Made by a program: the position numbers and the translations under genes
Shown here: positions 55,618 to 64,000 of the stretch, piece after piece
How the letters are laid out: every line of letters starts with the position of its first letter
Numbering within the stretch: the first letter of the stretch is position 1
Notes under the pieces: generated by a model
Told to the model about the DNA's origin: nothing
What the model saw: the letters and a program-made list of their open reading frames with translations, nothing else
Databases searched by the model: none
From: the human T2T-CHM13v2.0 reference genome, Homo sapiens
Length of the DNA stretch: 64,000 nt
Direction: 5' to 3' (one strand)
Assembly: GCF_009914755.1 (NCBI RefSeq)
Contig: NC_060937.1

Positions 55618-55714
55618 ATCTATGGCCGTCCCACACTGAACACACCAGATCTGGTCCAGTCTCGGAAGCTAAGCAGGGTCAGGCCTAGTCAGACTTTCAA
55701 TGGGAGGCTGGCCT
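55618..55714 (+). pseudogene. 5S rRNA pseudogene, diverged and 3'-truncated
   Basis: atctatggccgtcccacactgaacacaccagatctggtccagtctcggaagctaagcagggtcaggcctagtcag...atgggaggctggcct aligns by eye to the first ~95 nt of mammalian 5S rRNA. The TCTCGGAAGCTAAGCAGGGTC core is exact. Confidence 0.88.
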
Positions 55715-56139
55715 CCCCGTAAAGCAGCAGAGCAGCAGTCCCCTTCGGGGCAGGGTCTGGGTGCAGCTGCTTGGGTCAAGCTCCCCTCCTTCAGTGCCAG
55801 TTGCTTCCTGCCACAGCATGGAGCTTGTCTCGCCATTTACCCAGCCCTCACACACACCAGGGCCACCATCCCACAACCTGCGAGATAGCCCTGTCAATTT
55901 GCATTTTACAGGTGATCAGAAAGAGTCAGAGAGGTGAGGGACTCACTCTGGTCACACCTGAGGTGGCCGAGCAGGTCTAAATTGCAAAGCTGTTCCAAGC
56001 TGCAAGAGCTTGCAAAGCTGTCCCACACTGCAACACCGTCCCATGTTGAACCTTGCCCCCTCAGAGCAGTGTGGCTAAGGTAATGTGGGTCCCCACAGGT
56101 AAGGACAGGCATCGGACTGCACACATGCCCCAGGCACCA

Positions 56140-56320
56140 CGACACCACACACCACACACACATGCACATGTGCTACAGACACACACTACACAAACCGCAC
56201 ACACATTCACACACATAATTCACATGCCACACACATACTACACACAGACCACACAGATACAAACACATTACAGACACAAACACATCACACACACACACAC
56301 CACACACCACCCACAAGCAC
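56140..56320. repeat. (CA)-rich low-complexity repeat
   Basis: Direct inspection. Confidence 0.9.
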
Positions 56321-58705
56321 AGCAGGCACCTCCTCTCACCTGGCCATGCAGGCTGCATGGAGCTGGGGGCCAGGGTAATCGGGGCTATTCCTGGGCAGCA
56401 TGAGGCCCATGGTCGTCCTATCTCTCTTGGCCTCAACATCTTCCTGGATAAAGACAAGGGGTTGGTTGGTCTGCACCTGGGTGGCCAGACTCAGCAAACA
56501 AAACCACAGGACACCCAGTCAGACGAGTTTCAGATCAACAGAACTGGGAGCGTGGCTGGGTGTCCCGTATACACCTGACCCCACCGGATCCCCCTTGCTG
56601 CAAGCAGCTCACGTGTAAAAAGAGGTGCTGTACCACATCAGCCCTCGTGGTGGCACGCTATGATATAGCTGAAGTCCAGGAAAGTTGAAATTCACAGGCA
56701 ACCACCAAATATCTCCGCTGAGAGGCCGGTCCCCCATGAGCTGCTTCACCAGCATTTGTTCCTGCTTTTGAAACACTGGCATTCAGGCAGTGAGTGTGGC
56801 ATGCTCTTTTGCTCGTTTTCTAAAATCACTGTTTCCAACCTCCATACACCCCATTCTCCTGGCACCACCTCTGCCATCATCATTTGGAATTTGTCAGGAA
56901 CCCCCTGCCTAGATCCCAATGAGGCCCCACTTCTTGGGCTTGCTGGAGCAACAGGAGCTGGCCTGTGGGAAATGAGAGAGAGGAGGGCAGCCCATAGCGT
57001 GGTGGCAGGGCACCCTCCCAGTGGGCACAGCCACTCCAGCCAGGCCAGTGCCACCTAATCCCTGCCTAACACTGCACCTTCAAGATGAAGACAATGATAG
57101 TAAAATCAAACACGGCAGAAACCCAAAGTCCAGCAGGCCTTTCTTGGAACCCACCCCGGACAGCCCCTGCAGGTGCATGCGATGGGCCACCTGGTACTTC
57201 CCCACCTCCCTGCAGAGGGTCCCTGGGATACCACGAAAGCCACACCCATGGAAATGAACACGGGGCTAGCTCGCTGAGACCTGTGCTGGACACAACAAAC
57301 AGGCTCCCGAGCAACAGTGCAATAAATGACATCATGTCTGAGAGGCACGCACAATACAAAACAACACTGCTTCCAAGGGCGCACACGGACATACCAGCCA
57401 CGTCAAAAGATGGGGCTTGGTGGGAAGTCCGTAACGGTGCAGGCAGCAGGGACAGGCCAACAGGAAGGGAGGAGCTTACAGGATGAGGTGATGAGCTTCT
57501 TAGGAAAATGCATTCCTGTATGAGCTGGAGATGATTAAAATGAAATTGTAAAGAAACAAGGGCCTCCATGTGAGCTCTGCCCTGCCTGCCCTGTGCCAGC
57601 AGCCTGGGATGGGGACTGAGGAAAAATGGTCAAAGTACGGCCTCATCCCAGCCCAGGGCCCCGTGGACGCCCCTCCTCAGTGGGGCCTGCCAGAGCGAAC
57701 CTCTGCGCTGACACTCTTGAACAACCTCTTGGGAGGGTGGAGAGGTGACAATATCTGCACCATGCCTGCTCTTAGCAGGTGACGGGTCAAGCGTAGTTCA
57801 GAGGCCAGGACTATCATGGGCACAACCCGCTTCTGATGGCGGTTGGCAGCTTTGTTTTCTCAGAACTGCCACTTACGGAAGGTTACATCCAGCCCCCCGG
57901 GGCCCCGTGGACTGACTGCCGGACAAACATCCAATGTCCCTCTGGACTGCCATCCTCTGGTAGGATGGGAGCCAAGGTCCTGGTGATGAGCGCAGCGGCA
58001 GGGTTCCCGCAGCACGGCCCCCTTCACTGGCTTGGAGTGAATCACGATTAAATGCTAAGCCTGATGCTCACTTGTCAAAATAACACGTCCACAGTGTGCT
58101 GCGTGCCTGGCGTGAATCGGGTTTTCCTGTCTCCCCTTAGAGGCATCTGGACTTCTCAAGCCCCACCCCTGGGGTGTCACCAGGCAGATGGCAGGCCTCC
58201 CCCCAAGGGGCCTGAGCAGCTGCAGGGGCAGGCCTGCCAGCCACCATCCAAGCTGGAGACCATCCAGCAAGAACAAAACGAAGTCGGCCAGCCTGTTCAT
58301 TTTGTTCTGATGGCCAGCTGAGCTGGCAGAGGTGCCCCCAATGTCCCATGTTGACCTGAGGACCCCTGCCCATGAGGGTGCCCCCAGGGTGTCCAGAGGA
58401 GGAGAGGTGTCAGACCAAGACGCTCTCCTGGGGAGGAGGAGGGATTTGGAAATTTAAGGGAGATCTGAGAGGAGAGTTCTTTAAAAATCCTCCAATCTTG
58501 GCTATGAGATACTTCCCAACGCTGTTCTCAAAAGGGAGGGCGGAAGAACCCACAAATTTAAGGAGCACGTGAAAAGGCGCTCAGCAGCAAGATGACTGCA
58601 GTGCTACGCAGGCCTAAGGGTAGGTTCCAGCCTTACAGGGATGCCCCTCCCTCACCACGTCCCATGGCCAGGCACTCTTTTTAAGGTTTTTTAAAACTTC
58701 ATAGA

Positions 58706-59008
58706 GGCCAGGCGCAGTGGCTCACGCCTGTAATCCCAGGACTTTGGGAGGAGGCCCAGGCAGGCAGATCACGAGGTCAAGAGATCGAGACCATCCTGGT
58801 CAATATGGTGAAACTCCATCTCTACTAAAAATACAAAAATTAGCTGGGTGTGGTGGCGAATGCCTGTAGTCCCAGCTACTTGGGCGACCGAGCAGGAGAA
58901 TCGCTTTAACCTGGGAGGCAGAGATTGCAGTGAGCCAAGATCGCGCCATTGCACTCCAGCCTTGCAACACAGCGAGACTGCATCTCGAGAAAAAAAAAAA
59001 AAAAAAAA
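58706..59008 (+). mobile_element. AluSc-like element
   Basis: gatcacgaggtcaagagatcgagaccatcctgg; long A tail. Confidence 0.92.
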
Positions 59009-59483
59009 GACAAACGCTGAGACACTAAGGTGTAATTTGCCTGACTCTGCCCAGAGACACATGCTCAGCTGTATGCATCAGCACCTTCCTGGGAAGTAAG
59101 CTCCCTGGGCACATGAATCCCACCACCAGATGCTTGCGTGCAAACCTACAGAGGATTCTAAGACAAACCTTACATGGCAAGAGCTTCCCACAGTGCCTTC
59201 CTCAAGCTCCTCCTTCAGAATCTCACTTCAGGGGCTGGATATACTTGACTTCTCAGATTTCCCAAACAGCTCCAACTTGCCTACCCATTGTCATTGATTT
59301 GAACAATCTGGTTAGTGGACTCCTCTGATCCTCCAATTCCCTGTTCTAGATACACAACTCACTTAGTCCCCTCAAAATTGTATACAGTCTACTTTCTACA
59401 ATAAATTCCTTAGCATTACATAGTCTGAATGCCGGTCTGAAACGTAAATCTTTCTAAATACAAAAATATATGCTAAGTCCAAG

Positions 59484-59698
59484 CCAGGCAATTGAGACCA
59501 GCGTGGCTAACATGGTGAAACTCTTGTCTTTACTAAAATACAAAAATTAGCCAACTGTGATGGCGCAGGCCTATAGTTCCAGCTACTTGGGAGGCTGAGT
59601 CATGAGAATTGTTTCAACCCAGGGGGCAGACGTTGCAGTGAGCTAAGTCCCACTGCACTCCAGCCTGGGCAACAGAGCAAGACTGTCTCAAAAAAAAA

Positions 59699-59749
<51 letters not shown>

Positions 59750-59750
59750 C
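59484..59750 (+). mobile_element. Partial Alu followed by a (TA)n(TG)n microsatellite
   Basis: 5'-truncated Alu; the tail continues into dinucleotide repeats. Confidence 0.85.
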
Positions 59751-61667
59751 ATATATTTATATATGCTGAAAGAGCAAATAACGTGGACAACAAAATGACA
59801 CTTAAATAAAAGACATGTCTAAAATTAAATGTAACATAAAACAAAAAATATTCCAAATTTATTAAACAATGGAATAATCTCCAGAATATATCTTGTTAAA
59901 AAAAAACAAGATGGATAAAATATACACAGTATACTCTATTCATCTAAGAAGAGGGAAGAGATAGAAATATATGTTTCTCATATTAAGAAACAAAACAATA
60001 GAAGAATGAAATGTTAAAAAAATTAGTAGTTGCCTTTAGGAAATGAAAAGAAATGAAGCAGAAGTGACAAGGACAGAATCCATATTCTGTATGAAATATA
60101 TATTGTTTTTGTAGATTTCATTTTAGAACTATGTAACTTACATAAACATAAAATTAAAATTTTAAGAAGTCTAGAAATAAAATATAAACAAGTGAACTGA
60201 AATCTGTATCTAATTCTTTAATGGTATAATCATAAAGAGAGGAACTATTCTAAGTGATTTCAAGTGATACTGACTGTATATTCCTAGTAGAATAAACTCT
60301 AGTGACAAACAGAAAATAAATCTTGATCCTGTATGTACTGTAGAATCAAGGAAACAAATACTTCTGTGGTATTTTAATTCTATCACTCCTACTGTCTCTA
60401 AAAACCCAAGACTTTCAGCATGGGAGAGCAAAGTAATGGTAAAGAACCTGTAGTCTTGAATTTGAAATAGAAGTATCTATATGAAATGAAGTCAAGATAT
60501 TTTATTTTGTATTAAAAAAACATATTTCTACTTCTGTCCACTGAAAACACCTAGAAACAATGACCAATCCTATAGTAATGACTAATGACCAATCCCATAG
60601 TAATCCCCACCCATTTGTAATCTTCAACCACCATTTCCCAGTAAAAAGAATCTGGACTCCTTTGGGAAATGACTGCTTCTATGTCTGAAGCAACAAAAAA
60701 AAAAAAAAAAAAAAAAAAAGGACATAATGACCCTGGAACATGTTGTCATACCAGACAGCAACACTGACTAATAAGGGTCATGTCAAAAATGGTTAGGAAA
60801 GAATTTTAAAGAGGCCCCCACTGACCAAAAGTGTAATAACTTGGACGTGGTTAAGGATGGCAATTTAATGAAACATATTAAATATATTTAAATCCACACT
60901 AGTGTTTCCATGTAGGATAGAATAGTTTACTGCAAAACAATAGCTCCTACCACAAACTTAATTTCTAACAAAAGATGAAATATAAAACTCATCTGTAGAA
61001 TTCAGAGAGCTACTGAAGGAACAATGATTAGTAAGACTAAGATTTCAAAAACAGTGAGCTATAGTGAGGTAACGCGATCTTCTGCAGCTGCTTTTCCTCT
61101 GGGGCATTTGCAGATTCTGGTCAGAAAAAGAGATTTTGAGAAATAAGGCTTTTTTCCCCAGGCAATGTACCTCTACTGGAAGAAGAAACCATCAGAGATT
61201 CTGGTGTTCACTGAGGGCTAGACTGGCAAAACTGAAGAACTGAGGGAATCGCAAATGCCTCAGTGAGTGGAACAGGGTAAAAAGGCTAAACCAAAAACTT
61301 CTGAAAAGCAAAGCAGAATGTGAAAGCCTTGCAGCTTCAAGACAGTAAGAGTTCAGAATCTGCTAATGGAGACCTTAGTAAATACAGTTCTCAGTGATAA
61401 GCCCTGGAAGGCTGTGTCTTCTACAAACAGGAGCAAATTACAGCAACTGGCAACCTCATGGGCTATTAGTAGGGGGTGTAACTTAGTAGTTACCTTGAAA
61501 ACTGGCATTATCTGCTAAAACTGAACACACACACACTCAGCAATTTTACTATACACCCGACAGAAATGTATAAATGTTCACCAAAAGACATGTACAACGA
61601 TGTTTTATGGCAGCATGTTTTATAATTTCCAAAAACTGGAACAATCCAAATGTCAACAGCAGAAGTG

Positions 61668-61755
61668 TTTTTTTTTTTCATTATTATACTTTAAGTTTTA
61701 GGGTACATGTGCACAACCAAGCCAAATGTCCAACAATGATAGACTGGATTAAGAA
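61668..61755 (-). mobile_element. Tiny 5'-inverted L1PA insertion inside an old L1M fragment
   Basis: Poly-T plus attattatactttaagttttagggtacatgtgcacaa (antisense 3' terminus) joined to sense ccaaatgtccaacaatgatagactggattaagaa; flanked by agaagtg(g)ttttt on both sides. Confidence 0.88.
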
Positions 61756-62899
61756 GTGGTTTTTAAAAACTGGTATACACCTACCATGAAAAAATACACA
61801 GCAAGAAAATGACTTACAACTGTGAGCTTAATTTTGCAAATGCAACACTGACAGAAGTCAGAACAAGATATTCTGTATGATGTTACATAAATTTCAAAAC
61901 CAGGCTAAATTCATCCCATGATTTTATAAGTCTGGATAGATCCCTGGAAGTCAGTGACTGAAAGGAAACACAAGGAGGACTTCGAGATTCACAGTATTGT
62001 TTTATTTCTTGATCTGGATACTGGTTATACTGGTGTGTTTACTTGGTAACTGAGCTGTATATTTACAATTTGTGCACTTTTCTATACACATAATTTAGCG
62101 AAGTTTGCTAAATATATGCTTAATTCCATGAATGCATGATGATAATAAAAGCCAACAACAAACTGGCCATTTGGCGGATACAGAGAAATCATGGTAGACA
62201 CTGAGGTGCTACCCAGTTCCTCCTTCAAAAAAGGACTTGCTGTAAGTGCTGAAAGTGCTGTCAATCAGCCCCTTCAGGGATTGCCTCACCTACAGGGAAC
62301 AACCCTGTTCAAGGTCATACCTTTCCCACGGTAACCCACATCCAATGACTAACTGATATGGCAATATAAAGGCCTGGACACCTCAACTGCAATTCTGGGC
62401 AACCCAGAAGAGCCGTTCTTGCCCCAGGCTCCCATTCTCACTCCAGGCTCCCCATGGAGGTTGGCCAAAGCTGGTGCTGGGCCTGCACCGTATTTGCCTA
62501 GTGCTCCTCACTCCCATATGTTGATTTGAAAGAAAAAAAAGAAAACAACAACAAAAAAAAAAGCTGATTAACTTCCAATTGAAAATTAAGTTTGAAAGCT
62601 AGAGAACCTCTCTGAAAACACAGAGAGACTCTCCTCTCCTGCAGCAGGAGGGTAGAGAAACCTAAGGACCAGAACCAGCACTTAATTGTCACTCATTCAT
62701 TTATACTTATGTATCTCATAGCTATATAGATTGGATGGATGGACGGACGAACAGATTAGATATCTAAATCTGTACGTGTTGGGCTTCAAAGGTTGAACTC
62801 CCAAAGGCAGCAGGTCTGCCACGCCCAGATCAGGGGCCTGGCTGGGAAAGAACAAGACTCTGACACATGGAATGGCAACTTCTGGGTTGGTGTTCCCAA

Positions 62900-63142
62900 A
62901 AGTCTTGTCTCCTCAGATTCCTGAACCTTCTGCCAACAACTAGTGAGCCTGGAAGAGAACCCCAAGCCTCAGGTAAGATTGAGGCCCTAACCAAAACCTT
63001 GATTTCAGCCTGATGAGAACCTGGGCAGAGAACCCAGCTAAGCAATGCCCTGACTCCTGACCCACAGAAACTGTAAGATAGTCATTCTGTGTGTTTTAGG
63101 CCACTGTTTGTGGTAGTCTGTTACACAGCAGTAGAAAACTAA
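62900..63142 (+). mobile_element. MaLR LTR 3' fragment (MLT1-like)
   Basis: ccttgatttcagcctg...gactcctgacccacagaaactgtaagata...ttacacagcagtagaaaactaa. Confidence 0.8.
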
Positions 63143-63661
63143 AACTACCACCAAACCTGCATCTGTAATGTAAACTTCCCTCCTGAGCTTCAGATGTGTT
63201 ATGCAAATGTCCATCTGGTTTCTCCACGTGGATAACTTGTAGACACTTCAAACTCAACATTTCCAAAGCTTAATCCATAATCTTCCTCCCATGTTTCCTA
63301 TCATAGTAGGTAGTACCACCATCTACCCAGTTGCCCATGTGGGACATCTGAGAATCTTCACCATACTTCCTTTGTTCCCTTTGCTTCATCTCCCTTTAGT
63401 GAGGGGAATTTTAAAAATATATTTTGGCCTCCACCTTTACTCATTTCTCAACTTGCTCAGAAGCCAGGCAGGGAAGGAAGAAAAGTGGTACTCAGGTCCC
63501 CCAGACTCCTACTAACAGCACCGAATTCTATGAAAAAGGAAAAAAAAATCAAGATTAAGGAGTTCCAAGTAATCAAGAATTTATCAGACAAGATGGTCAG
63601 GGGAAGGTCTCTGAAGATGTGACATTTGAGCAGAGACCTAAATGAACTAAAAGAATGGGAA

Positions 63662-64000
<339 letters not shown>

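Noticed and set aside
55618-55714. Functional 5S rRNA gene
   Set aside because: Many substitutions, damaged box C, 3' truncation, and not in a tandem 5S unit.

Overview
Primate (most likely human) genomic DNA with no intact protein-coding gene. The main feature is an unprocessed, intron-retaining pseudogene of the PHD-JmjC gene PHF2 on the minus strand, probably the chr13 copy PHF2P2. Seven pseudo-exons matching PHF2 exons 2 and 4-9 are readable between 29470 and 14791. They carry frameshifts, in-frame stops, a dead splice acceptor and loss of metal ligands. I did not find exon 3 or exon 10 onward. The GC-rich sequence from about 29.5 to 59 kb is best explained as the duplicated large intron 1, and it contains a truncated 5S rRNA pseudogene. 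An abrupt switch to AT-rich DNA near 14.1 kb marks a probable duplicon junction. The left block holds a ~750 bp inverted duplication containing an exon-like unit, a fused inverted Alu pair and an MLT2A LTR. The rest is Alu, L1, MaLR/ERVL LTR and simple repeats, including two tiny 5'-inverted (twin-primed) L1PA insertions and two apparent templated insertions. Almost all listed ORFs are repeat or GC-composition artefacts. I found no convincing novel biological system; the most interesting items are rearrangement and insertion signatures and a possible chimeric transcription unit across the duplicon junction. PHF2 and repeat-family comparisons are from my recall of the sequences, not from a run alignment.
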